A stretch of 64,000 nt of DNA from Acidimicrobiia bacterium (GTDB lineage Bacteria > Actinomycetota > Acidimicrobiia > Acidimicrobiales > CATQHL01). Positions 19,408 through 28,798 of this stretch are shown one piece after another. Where the stretch lies: assembly GCA_009835395.1 (NCBI GenBank), contig VXXM01000006.1, forward strand, positions 27,632 to 91,631, written 5' to 3'. Position numbers and translations under genes: made by a program. The notes under the pieces are model-generated. The model saw nothing but the letters and a program-made list of their open reading frames with translations. It was not told the origin of the DNA and searched no databases. Numbering within the stretch: position 1 is the stretch's first letter; each line of letters opens with the position of its first letter.

Positions 19408-20696
19408 GGGCGGATCTGGCCGTCGCCCCTGATGACGTTCTTGACGGCGGTGAGGTGGACGAGGCCCATCGGGCCGCGGACGTGCAGCTTCTGGGTGCTG
19501 ATGCCGATCTCGGCGCCGTAGCCCATCTCCTCGCCGTCCACGAAGCGGCTCGAGGCGTTGACCAGCACGCAGGCGGCGTCCACCTCGGCGCAGAACCGGC
19601 GTGCCGAATCCTCGTCGGCGGTCACGATCACCTCCGAGTGCCGGGTGCCGTAGTGGTTGACGTGGTCGATGGCCGCATCGAGCGAGTCCACTACCCGCAC
19701 GGAGAGCTTGTAGTCCAGGAACTCGGTGCCGTAGTCGGCTTCGTCGGCCTCGCCGACGCTCGGAGCCAGAGCCCGGGAGGTCTCGTCGCCCACCATCTCC
19801 ACGGTGGGCATGGCGCGCACGAGGCGGGGCAGCACCTCGGCGGCCACCTCGGCGTGCAGCACGATCGACTCGGTGGCGTTACAGACCGACGGGCGCTGGG
19901 TCTTGCCGTTCACCACGATTGCCTCGGCCATGTCCAGGTCGGCGGTGCGGTCGACATAGACGTGACAGTTGCCGTCGCCGTCGAGGATGAACGGCACGGT
20001 GGCGTTCTCCATGATGGAGCGGATCAGGGCGGGCCCGCCGCGGGGGATGAGGCAGTCCACGTAGTCGCTGAGCCGCATGAACTCCACCGCGGCCTCACGG
20101 CTGGTGTCCTCCACGAGGATCAGCGCGTCCGCCGGCACATCGCAGGCCTCGTAGGACCGCCGCAGCACCTCGGCGATGGCCAGGTTCGAGCGGATGGCCA
20201 TCGAGGAGCCGCGCAGGAACGCCACGTTTCCGGACTTGAGGCACAGGCCGGCGGCGTCGCTGGTGACGTTGGGACGGCTCTCGTAGACGATCGCCACGAC
20301 GCCGAGCGGCACCCGCACCTGCTCGATGCGCAGGCCGTTGGGACGCACATCGCTGGCGACGACCGTGCCGACCGGGTCCGGCAGGTCCGCGACCTGGCGC
20401 AGGCCACCTGCCATGCCGTCGATGCGGGCCGGGGTGAGGCGCAGCCGGTCCAGCAGGGTCGCCGAGATGCCGGCCTCCTTGGCGGCCGCCAGGTCGCCCT
20501 CGTTGGCCTCCAGCAAACCCTCGGCGTGTGACTGCAGCCCGTCGGCGGCGGCCAGCAGCGCCCGGTTCTTGCGGTCGGTCGGGGTGGCGGCCAGCAGCGG
20601 TGCCACTGCCCGGGCGCGCCGGCCGAGCTCCTCCATCGCCTGCCGTCTGGACGTCGCCTCGCCGCCTGCGGTGGCGAGTGCCCCCGATGCCTCCAC
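19404..20696 (-). CDS. proA: Gamma-glutamyl phosphate reductase
   Basis: YESRPNVT, LIPRGG, PSVCNATE, NASSRFVDG, GPMGL. Confidence 0.95.
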   Translation of the reverse strand: MEASGALATAGGEATSRRQAMEELGRRARAVAPLLAATPTDRKNRALLAAADGLQSHAEGLLEANEGDLAAAKEAGISATLLDRLRLTPARIDGMAGGLRQVADLPDPVGTVVASDVRPNGLRIEQVRVPLGVVAIVYESRPNVTSDAAGLCLKSGNVAFLRGSSMAIRSNLAIAEVLRRSYEACDVPADALILVEDTSREAAVEFMRLSDYVDCLIPRGGPALIRSIMENATVPFILDGDGNCHVYVDRTADLDMAEAIVVNGKTQRPSVCNATESIVLHAEVAAEVLPRLVRAMPTVEMVGDETSRALAPSVGEADEADYGTEFLDYKLSVRVVDSLDAAIDHVNHYGTRHSEVIVTADEDSARRFCAEVDAACVLVNASSRFVDGEEMGYGAEIGISTQKLHVRGPMGLVHLTAVKNVIRGDGQIRP

Positions 20697-20742
20697 GGTG
20701 TGCCTCCCGAGTGCTCTGAGCAGCGCTGATTACGCTCTTGCC

Positions 20743-22458
20743 GTGAGCGGATTCTACCGGTCGCCGCTGCAGGGAGACGGCGAGCCGGGCTCCGGGGGTT
20801 TCGGCGCGCGCCGCCGCCGCAGCGGTCGCAGCGCCACCGTCGTCGGCGCCGGTGTGGTGTTGTCGCGCCTGTCGGGGGTGGCGCGCGAGGCGGTCCTGGG
20901 GGCGTTCCTGGGCACGCGCGCCTCCGCCGACGCATTCGGCGCCGCTCTGCGGATCCCCAAGCTGCTGCAGAACCTGCTGGGGGAGGGTGCTCTGTCGGCC
21001 TCGTTCATCCCGGTGTACGCCCAGGTCCTCGAGGAGGGCGACGAGAAGCGGGCGGGCCGTCTGGCGGGCGCGGTGGCGGGCTTGCTGGCGGTGCTCACGG
21101 GCGGGCTGGTGCTGCTGGCGATCTTCCTGGCCGAGCCGCTCACCTGGATCGTGGCCCCCGGTTTCTCCGGCGTGCGACACGAACTCACCGTCGTGCTGAT
21201 CCGCATCATGGCCGGCGGGATCGGGCTGATCGTGATGGCGGCCTGGTGTCTCGGCGTGCTGAACGCCCACCGACGCTTCTTCCTCTCCTACGTGGCGCCG
21301 GTGTTGTGGAACGTCGCCATCGTGGCCGCGGTGGCGGCCGCCGGCGTGGTCGGTGCGGCCGAGACCGGGATCGCCGAGGCGGCGGCGTGGGGCGTGCTGG
21401 TGGGCGGCGCCCTGCAGTTCGTCGTCCAGATCCCCGCCGTCGTGTCTCTGGTGCCGCGCCTTCGGGTCAGCCTGCGGCTGCGGCTGCGCGGGGTGCGCGA
21501 GGTGGCCCGGCGGTTCGGTCCGGCGGTGGCGGGCCGCGGCGTCGTCACGCTCTCCAGCTACGTGGACGTGATCCTGGCGTCGCTGCTGGCCACCGGCGCC
21601 ATCGCCTACCTGGACCGCGCCCAGGTGCTGTACCTCATGCCCATCAGCGTGTTCGCCGTGTCGGTGGCGGCCGCAGACCTGCCCGAACTGGCGCGCGAGC
21701 AGGAGAGTCTCGAGCGTCTGCACGAGCGCCTCACCGTCGGCGCCGCCCGGGTGCTGCTGTTCCTGGTCTTCGCCCTCGTGGCCTTCGTGACCTTCGGCCG
21801 CCCCATCGTGGGCGCGCTGTACCAGCGGGTGAACTTCACCGCCGACGACACCTACGTGGTGTGGCTGGTGCTGGCGGCGTACAGCCTCGGCATCGTGGCC
21901 GCCGGGCTCTCCCGCCTGCTGCAGAACACCTGCTACGCCGCCGGCGACATCAAGGGCCCGGCCCGCATCGCCGCCGGTCGGCTGGTCTTCGCCGCCCTGG
22001 GGGGGCTGGTGCTGATGATCCAGTTGGACCGGGTGGGGGTGATCGACGGCGAGATCCGGCGCCTGGGCGACCTGCCGGCCTTCTGGCTGCTCGACAGCGA
22101 GATCCGCCAGACCGGCGACGTCAGGCGATTCGGAGCCGTCGGCCTGGCGCTGGCCGCGTCCGTCGCGGCCTGGCTGGAGTTGGGGCTGCTGCGCAGGCGG
22201 ATCCGCCGCACCATGGGGCTGCGCCCGCCGTTCGGCCGGCTGGCGGGGCGGTTGCTGCCGGGCGCCGTGTTGGCCGGGATCGCCGGCTTCCTGCTGATGC
22301 GTGCCATGGCGGGCGCCCCGCACCTGCTGACCGCGCCGGTCTGCCTGGTCGCCGCCGGGACGCTCTACCTGCTGGTGGCGAACCTCTGCGGCCAACCGGC
22401 TGCCCGCCACCTGCTGATTCCCCTGCGCCGCCACCTCTGGGCCGGCCGGCGCCGCTGA
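20743..22458 (+). CDS. murJ: Lipid II flippase MurJ/MviN
   Basis: LSRLSGVARE, ADAF...IPKLLQNLLGEGALSASFIPV; multi-TM. Confidence 0.9.
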   Translation: MSGFYRSPLQGDGEPGSGGFGARRRRSGRSATVVGAGVVLSRLSGVAREAVLGAFLGTRASADAFGAALRIPKLLQNLLGEGALSASFIPVYAQVLEEGDEKRAGRLAGAVAGLLAVLTGGLVLLAIFLAEPLTWIVAPGFSGVRHELTVVLIRIMAGGIGLIVMAAWCLGVLNAHRRFFLSYVAPVLWNVAIVAAVAAAGVVGAAETGIAEAAAWGVLVGGALQFVVQIPAVVSLVPRLRVSLRLRLRGVREVARRFGPAVAGRGVVTLSSYVDVILASLLATGAIAYLDRAQVLYLMPISVFAVSVAAADLPELAREQESLERLHERLTVGAARVLLFLVFALVAFVTFGRPIVGALYQRVNFTADDTYVVWLVLAAYSLGIVAAGLSRLLQNTCYAAGDIKGPARIAAGRLVFAALGGLVLMIQLDRVGVIDGEIRRLGDLPAFWLLDSEIRQTGDVRRFGAVGLALAASVAAWLELGLLRRRIRRTMGLRPPFGRLAGRLLPGAVLAGIAGFLLMRAMAGAPHLLTAPVCLVAAGTLYLLVANLCGQPAARHLLIPLRRHLWAGRRR

Positions 22459-22503
22459 GGCCCGTTGCCCGGCTCGCGCCGGCGTCCCGTAGCCTGACGA
22501 TCC

Positions 22504-23388
22504 ATGGCTCATCGCTTCGCCAGCGTCGGCGCGGTCCGGGACGGGCTCGACGGCGTGCAGTATCTGGCCGATGAGGGCATCGCCGGGGTCGTCTATCTGG
22601 CGGACCGGCTGGCCAAGCCGGTCCTGGTGGAGGGACCGGCAGGGACCGGCAAGACGCAGCTGGCCAAGAGCACGGCGGAGATGTGCGGGGCCCGCCTCAT
22701 CCGCTTGCAGTGCTACGAGGGCATCGACGAGGCCAAGGCGCTCTACGAGTGGAACTACAAGAAGCAACTGCTGCGGATCCAGGCGGAGTCGCAGACCTGG
22801 GACGAGGTGTCCGACGACATCTTCTCCGAGGAGTTCCTGCTCACCCGGCCACTGCTGGAAGCCATCAGGGCCAGCGAGCCCGTGGTGCTGCTGGTGGACG
22901 AGGTGGACCGCGTGGAGGTGGAGACCGAGGCCCTGCTGCTGGAGATCCTGAGCGACTACCAGGTGTCGATTCCGGAGTTGGGCACCATCGAGGCCACCCA
23001 GATCCCCCTCGTGTTCCTCACCTCCAACAACACCCGCGAGCTCTCCGAGGCCCTGAAGCGCCGCTGCCTGTATCTCTACATCGACTATCCCGACCTGGAG
23101 CGGGAGCGGGACATCGTCCTGACGAAGGTTCCCGACATCAGCCGGAGCCTGGCCGACGAGGTGGCACGCATCGTCCGCTCGGTTCGCCAGTTGGAGTTGA
23201 AGAAGGCGCCGTCGGTGTCCGAGACCCTGGACTGGGCGCGCACGCTGGTCCTGCTCGGCGTGGAGCACGTCGATGCCGAGACGGCCGCCGAGACGGTCCA
23301 CACGCTCCTCAAGTACCGCAGCGACATCGAGAAGGCCCTGAAGGAGTTCTCCGCCGGCGACGCCCGGAGTTCCGGCCTGCCGCGCTGA
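22504..23388 (+). CDS. MoxR-family AAA+ ATPase (CoxD-like)
   Basis: GPAGTGKT, RLQCYEGID, LLVDEVDR, LSEALKRRC. Confidence 0.92.
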   Translation: MAHRFASVGAVRDGLDGVQYLADEGIAGVVYLADRLAKPVLVEGPAGTGKTQLAKSTAEMCGARLIRLQCYEGIDEAKALYEWNYKKQLLRIQAESQTWDEVSDDIFSEEFLLTRPLLEAIRASEPVVLLVDEVDRVEVETEALLLEILSDYQVSIPELGTIEATQIPLVFLTSNNTRELSEALKRRCLYLYIDYPDLERERDIVLTKVPDISRSLADEVARIVRSVRQLELKKAPSVSETLDWARTLVLLGVEHVDAETAAETVHTLLKYRSDIEKALKEFSAGDARSSGLPR

Positions 23389-23438
23389 GCCGCGGCGCGG
23401 GTGCGGACGGTGCGACGGCCCGCAGCCCGGGGCCGATC

Positions 23439-24905
23439 GTGACGGCACCGACGGCGCCGATCGGAGCCGGGACCGCCGAGTCCCCGCTGCTGGCGCTGCT
23501 CGGCGGTTTCATCGCCGAGTTGCGCCGAGCCGGCCTGCCGGTGAGCCTCACCGAGCATCTCGATGCCATGGAGGCGGTGCGCCACATCCCCCTCGACGAC
23601 CGCGAGGCGTTCAAGTTCGCCCTCGCCGCCACCCTGGTCAAGCACCACGCCCACTGGCGGGCCTTCGAGACCGTCTTCGAGGTGTACTTCTCGCTGCGCG
23701 GCGCCGAGCACGAGCCCGGCGACGGCACCTGGGCGGACGACGTGGATCCTGCCGAATTGCTGGATCCCCGCCCGGAGGGGATGGGCGGCGGCGAGCCGCT
23801 GAGCGACGAGGATCTGGCCCGGCTGCTGTTCGCGGCGCTGCTGCGGGGCGATCAGGCGCAGTTGCGGGCGGTGGCCTGGCGGGCCGTGCAGCGCTACGCC
23901 GGCATGGAGCCGGGCCGGCCGGTGGGCGGCACCTACTACCTCTACCGCACGCTGCGCAACCTGGGGTTGGACGACCTGCTGGAGCGGCTCCTGGAGACCA
24001 TCGGTGAGGAGGCGGAACGACCGCTCACGCCGCTGGAGGAGCGCCTCGAGCGCGACGAGCTGGAGGCGCGCATCGATCAATTGCGCAAGGAGGTGGAGGC
24101 CGAGATCCGGCGCCGCCTGGTGGCCGACCGCGGCCCCGAGGCGATGGCCCGGACGCTGCGCAAGCCGCTTCCCGAGGATGTGGAGTTCATGCACGCCACG
24201 CGGGAGGAGATGGAGGCCCTGCGCAAGGCCATCGATCCGCTGACCCGCAAGCTGGCGGCGCGCCTGTCCCGGCGTCGGCGCCACAGCAGGCGGGGCGTGC
24301 TGGACTTCCGCAGGACGATCCGGCAGTCGCTGAGCTACGGCGGCGTCCCGGCCGAGCCGCGCTTCCGCTACAAGCGGCCCGCCAAGCCCGAGATTATGGT
24401 CATCGCCGACATCAGCGGCTCGGTGGCGGCCTTCGCCCGCTTCACTCTGCACCTCGTCTACGCCATCAGCAGCCATTTCTCCAAGGTGCGCTCGTTCGTC
24501 TTCATCGACGGGCTGGACGAGGTCACGAACCTCTTCGAGACGAGTGAGGACATCACCGAGGCGGTGCACAGGGTGAACACCTCCGCGGACGTGGTGTGGG
24601 TGGACGGCCACTCCGACTACGGCCACGCCCTGGGGGTGTTCTGGGATCGCTACGGAGCGTCGGTCGGCCCGAAGACCACGGTCATGATCCTGGGCGACGC
24701 CCGCAACAACTACCACGCCTCCGGGTCCTGGGTGATGCGCGAACTGCACCGCAAGGCCCGGCGGGTCTTCTGGCTGAACCCCGAGCCGCGCTCGTACTGG
24801 GACACCGGCGACTCCATCATGAGCGAGTACAGCACCCACTGCGACGGCACTTTCGAGGTGCGCACGCTGAGGCATCTGGAGCGGTTCGTGGAGAAGACCT
24901 TCTAG
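23439..24905 (+). CDS. VWA domain protein (CoxE-like)
   Basis: ELRRAGLPVS N-terminus, MIDAS-like ADISGSV, GHSDYG, ILGDARNN, WLNPEP. Confidence 0.88.
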   Translation: MTAPTAPIGAGTAESPLLALLGGFIAELRRAGLPVSLTEHLDAMEAVRHIPLDDREAFKFALAATLVKHHAHWRAFETVFEVYFSLRGAEHEPGDGTWADDVDPAELLDPRPEGMGGGEPLSDEDLARLLFAALLRGDQAQLRAVAWRAVQRYAGMEPGRPVGGTYYLYRTLRNLGLDDLLERLLETIGEEAERPLTPLEERLERDELEARIDQLRKEVEAEIRRRLVADRGPEAMARTLRKPLPEDVEFMHATREEMEALRKAIDPLTRKLAARLSRRRRHSRRGVLDFRRTIRQSLSYGGVPAEPRFRYKRPAKPEIMVIADISGSVAAFARFTLHLVYAISSHFSKVRSFVFIDGLDEVTNLFETSEDITEAVHRVNTSADVVWVDGHSDYGHALGVFWDRYGASVGPKTTVMILGDARNNYHASGSWVMRELHRKARRVFWLNPEPRSYWDTGDSIMSEYSTHCDGTFEVRTLRHLERFVEKTF

Positions 24906-24936
24906 GGCAACCGCGACGCGCCTCTAAAATGCCCGT

Positions 24937-25248
24937 GTGTCCCTTGCCGTCCTGCCCGGCGTCGTGATCCGGCGGCGGATCACCGAGGTGTCGCGCCGCC
25001 TGGCGCGTTGCCGCCAGGAGTTGCAGGTGGCCGAGGAGCAGCTCGTCCACTTCAGCGACTCCGAGGCGGACGCCCACCTCCGGTCACTGGTGTCGGAGAC
25101 CCCGGTCGCCGACCGCGAGCTGCGCACCGCGGCACGCCACGCGGCGGCGATGACCGGTCACCGTGACCGCCTGCAGGCGGAGATCTCGCAACTGGAGGAA
25201 CGCCTGGACGAGCTGCTGGACCACCTTTCGAGCAGGAGGAACCCGTGA
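24937..25248 (+). CDS. Small coiled-coil hypothetical protein
   Basis: Heptad-rich 103 aa; TAAAAT 6 nt before GTG; stop overlaps next start (GTGA). Confidence 0.7.
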   Translation: MSLAVLPGVVIRRRITEVSRRLARCRQELQVAEEQLVHFSDSEADAHLRSLVSETPVADRELRTAARHAAAMTGHRDRLQAEISQLEERLDELLDHLSSRRNP

Positions 25249-25871
25249 CCGCCGAGCGAACCGTCGGGACGCGCACGCGCGTCCTGATCGCCGAGGACGA
25301 GGCCATCATCCGCTTGGACCTGAAGGAGACTCTCACCGCCGAGGGCTACGAAGTGGTCGCCGACAGCGGGCGCGGCGACGAGGCACTGGCGCTGGTGCGC
25401 GAGCTGCGTCCCGATGTGGCCATCCTGGACATCAAGATGCCCGGCAACGACGGGTTGGCGGTGGCCCGAGCCATCAGCGAGGAGCGTCTCTGCGCAGTGC
25501 TGGTGCTCACCGCCTTCAGCCAGCGCGAGCTGGTGGCGCAGGCGGCCCAGTCGGGTGTCCTGGCGTACCTGGTCAAGCCGTTCGCGGCCGGCGAGTTGGT
25601 GGCGGCCATCGAGATCGCCCTGGCCCGCTTCGGCGAGGCGCAGGAACTCAAGGCCGAAGCCACCGACTATGCCGAGCAACTCCAGACCCGCAAGATCGTC
25701 GAGCGCGCCAAGGGCCTGCTCATGGACAACTACGGCTTCCGCGAGGACGACGCCTTCGCCTTCATGCGCAGCACCGCCATGAACCAGCGGCGCCCGATGC
25801 GCGCCGTGGCCGAGGATCTGCTGGCGGGCACCCTGTCGGTGGCCTCGACGCCCGCCGACGACTCGCGGTGA
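25245..25871 (+). CDS. Response regulator with ANTAR RNA-binding domain (PdtaR-like)
   Basis: AEDE, ILDIKMP (phospho-Asp), YLVKP, RKIVERAKGLLM ANTAR. Confidence 0.92.
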   Translation: MTAERTVGTRTRVLIAEDEAIIRLDLKETLTAEGYEVVADSGRGDEALALVRELRPDVAILDIKMPGNDGLAVARAISEERLCAVLVLTAFSQRELVAQAAQSGVLAYLVKPFAAGELVAAIEIALARFGEAQELKAEATDYAEQLQTRKIVERAKGLLMDNYGFREDDAFAFMRSTAMNQRRPMRAVAEDLLAGTLSVASTPADDSR

Positions 25872-25916
25872 GACGCCGCGGCGTGCTCGCGTCGTCGCCC
25901 GCCGCCGCCTGAACCC

Positions 25917-28649
25917 GTGAGCGGCCTGCTGCTCATCGACGGGCATTCCCTGGCCTACCGGGCCTTCCACGCGCTACCCGACGACCTCAGGACCGCCTCC
26001 GGGCAGGTCACCAACGCGGTGTACGGATTCACCTCGATGCTGGTGAACCTGCTGCGCGACCACGCACCGGAGCGGGTGGCGGTGGCGTTCGACCTGCCCG
26101 GCGGCACGTTCCGTCACGAGCGTCTCGACAGCTACAAGGCCAACCGGTCGAAGCCGCCGGAGATCTTCCGCGAGCAGTTGGGCCTGCTGCGCGAGGTGCT
26201 GGACGTGCTGGGAGTGCGCACCGTGGAGGCCCCCGGCTTCGAGGCCGACGACATCCTGGCAACCCTCGCCACCGAGGCCGCCGCCGAGGGTCTGGACGCG
26301 GCCGTGGTGACGGGGGACCGCGACGCCTTCCAGTTGGTGGCCGACCCCCACGTCACCGTGCTGTACCCCCGCCGGGGCATGTCGGACCACGTGCGCTACG
26401 ACGAGGCGGGCATCGAGGCGCGCACCGGCGTGCGTCCCGCCGACTACGTGGACTACGCCGCCCTGCGCGGCGACACGTCCGACAACCTGCCGGGCGTGCC
26501 CGGCGTCGGGGAGAAGACGGCGGCCCGGCTCGTCAACGCCCACGGCGGCATCGACGGCATCTACGCGCATCTCGACGAGCAGACCCCCCGGTTGCGGTCG
26601 TCGCTGCAGGAGGCGGAGCAGGCCGTTCGCCTCAACTGCGAACTCATGGAACTGCGGCGCGATCTGGACCTTCCCGTCACCGTCGGCGACCTGACCGTGA
26701 CGCCGGCCGCCACCGAGGAGATCCTCCGCCTGTTCGAGTTCCTGGAGTTCGGCTCGCTGCTGGGGCGCCTCGGCGAGGCCCTGGGCCTGGAGTTCGCGCC
26801 GGAGGTGGACGCCGAGGTGCTCGAGGTCGCCGTGGAGCAAGCCGGTGATGTGGTCGCCGCGGTCGCCCGCATGACGGCCCTTGCGCAGAGCGGTCGGCTG
26901 GCCGTTGCGGGGGCGTGGCGCGGCCGGCGGGGCCGGTCGGAGTTCGAGGGGTTGGCTCTCATCGGTTCCGATGAGGGCCAACCCGATCCGCCGTCGCCGA
27001 CCGGCGAGAGCGACGCCGGCGCCGCCCGGAGCGCGGTGTGGATTCCGGGCGACCTCCTGGACGGCGGGACGCTGCGGGAGGTGCTCGGCGGTCTGTTCGG
27101 CGAGGGCGGCCCCGGACTGGTGGCGCACGACGCCAGGGACCTGATGCGCAGCCTGCTGGCCATCGGCATCGATGTCCGATCGCTGAGCATGGACACGGCC
27201 ATCGCCGCCTACCTGCTGGATCCCTCGCAGTCCGACTATCCCGTCGGGGACCTGCTGGCGCGCTATGCCGGCTGCGCCCTGGCCGCCGACGGCGCCGAGG
27301 AGGAGACGCAGGGACGGCTGGCGTTCCCCGAGACCGGCGAGGCGCTCCGGACCCGCACCGCGCTCGAGGCCCTGGCCGCGGCCCGCCTGGCGGAGCCGCT
27401 GCGCGCCGCGCTGCGCGAGGGCGGTGCCGAGAAGCTGCACGACACGATCGAGGTGCCGCTGGTGCGGGTGCTGGCCCGCATGGAGCACTGCGGCGTGGGT
27501 GTGGACCTGGCGGGCCTCGAGGCGCTCACCGGCGAGCTCGACGGGGAGGCCACGCGGCTGCGCGCCGCAGTCGTGGCCGACGCCGGCGAGGAGTTCAACG
27601 TCAACTCCCCACAGCAGCTCGCCAGGGTGCTCTTCGAGCGGCTCGGCCTGCCGCCCCAGAAGCGGACGAAGACCGGCTACTCCACCGACGCCGCCACCCT
27701 GGAGCGCCTGCGCGGCGAGCACGACATCGTGGAGCACCTGCTGGCCTACCGGGAGGTGGAGAAGCTGCGTTCCACCTACGGGCACGGGTTGGCGGCCGAG
27801 GTGGACCCGGACACCGGTCGCATCCATGCCTCCTTCAACCAGACGGTGGCCCGCACGGGCCGGCTCTCCTCCGACGCGCCCAACCTGCACAACATCCCGG
27901 TGCGCACCGAGACCGGCCGCGCCTTCCGCAAGGTGTTCGTGCCCGCCGCGGGCACTGCGCTGCTGATCGCCGACTACAACCAGATCGAGCTGCGCTGCAT
28001 CGCTCACCTGGCCGACGACCCGGGGCTCATCACCGCCTTCGAGGCGGGGGAGGACATCCACACCGCCACCGCGGCGCGGGTCTTCGGGGTCGCACCCGCC
28101 GACGTGACCACCGAGCTGCGATCCAAGGCGAAGATGGTGTCCTACGGCCTGGCCTACGGCATGGAGTCCTACGGGTTGGCGCAGCGCCTGTCGATCCCCA
28201 CCGAGGAGGCCCAGGTCATCCTGGACGCCTACTTCGGCGCGTTCCCGGCGGTGCGCGACTACATGGACACCGCCGTGGCCCGGGCCCGGGAGTTGGGCTA
28301 CACCGAGACGCTCTACGGCCGGCGGCGGCCGATCCCCGAGCTCCGCTCGGACAACTTCCGGGTGCGCCAGGCCGGCGAGCGCCAGGCCAAGAACGCCGGC
28401 ATCCAGGGTCTCGCCGCCGACATCTTCAAGGTGGCCCTGGTGCACATCGACGGTGCCCTGGAGCGCGACGCCATGGCCAGCCGGCTCATCCTGCAGGTCC
28501 ACGACGAGGTCATCCTGGAGGTGCCCGACGCCGAGCGCAGTGCCGCGGCCGAGTTGGTGCACCGGGAGATGGCCGCCGCCTGCGACCTCCGGGTCCCGCT
28601 GGTGGTGGACCTGGCGTTCGGCAGCACCTGGGCGGCCGCCAAGGCCTGA
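25917..28649 (+). CDS. polA: DNA polymerase I
   Basis: LIDGHSLAYRAF 5'-3' exonuclease, RTGRLSS, DYNQIELR, YGLAYG, QVHDE. Confidence 0.97.
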   Translation: MSGLLLIDGHSLAYRAFHALPDDLRTASGQVTNAVYGFTSMLVNLLRDHAPERVAVAFDLPGGTFRHERLDSYKANRSKPPEIFREQLGLLREVLDVLGVRTVEAPGFEADDILATLATEAAAEGLDAAVVTGDRDAFQLVADPHVTVLYPRRGMSDHVRYDEAGIEARTGVRPADYVDYAALRGDTSDNLPGVPGVGEKTAARLVNAHGGIDGIYAHLDEQTPRLRSSLQEAEQAVRLNCELMELRRDLDLPVTVGDLTVTPAATEEILRLFEFLEFGSLLGRLGEALGLEFAPEVDAEVLEVAVEQAGDVVAAVARMTALAQSGRLAVAGAWRGRRGRSEFEGLALIGSDEGQPDPPSPTGESDAGAARSAVWIPGDLLDGGTLREVLGGLFGEGGPGLVAHDARDLMRSLLAIGIDVRSLSMDTAIAAYLLDPSQSDYPVGDLLARYAGCALAADGAEEETQGRLAFPETGEALRTRTALEALAAARLAEPLRAALREGGAEKLHDTIEVPLVRVLARMEHCGVGVDLAGLEALTGELDGEATRLRAAVVADAGEEFNVNSPQQLARVLFERLGLPPQKRTKTGYSTDAATLERLRGEHDIVEHLLAYREVEKLRSTYGHGLAAEVDPDTGRIHASFNQTVARTGRLSSDAPNLHNIPVRTETGRAFRKVFVPAAGTALLIADYNQIELRCIAHLADDPGLITAFEAGEDIHTATAARVFGVAPADVTTELRSKAKMVSYGLAYGMESYGLAQRLSIPTEEAQVILDAYFGAFPAVRDYMDTAVARARELGYTETLYGRRRPIPELRSDNFRVRQAGERQAKNAGIQGLAADIFKVALVHIDGALERDAMASRLILQVHDEVILEVPDAERSAAAELVHREMAAACDLRVPLVVDLAFGSTWAAAKA

Positions 28650-28798
28650 GCGACACTCCGGCATGCCCCGCGGCGCGCCGGGCGGCGGATTGCAGTTGGT
28701 GGTCGTGCTGTTAGCCTTGCTCCTGCTATTCGGGGCCGGTCGGCCCCGTTTCGACGGCTCGCGTCGTCCAGTCCTGTCCATCGAACAAGTGAGAATCC

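Noticed and set aside
20095-23448. Very long antisense/alternate-frame ORFs (e.g. 1117 aa here, 965 aa at 25974-28871, 794 aa at 30627-33011)
   Set aside because: Shadows of real genes in high-GC DNA, where stops are rare; no recognisable motifs
26850-27300. PolA middle domain lacks clear 3'-5' exonuclease catalytic motifs
   Set aside because: Common in actinobacterial and firmicute PolA
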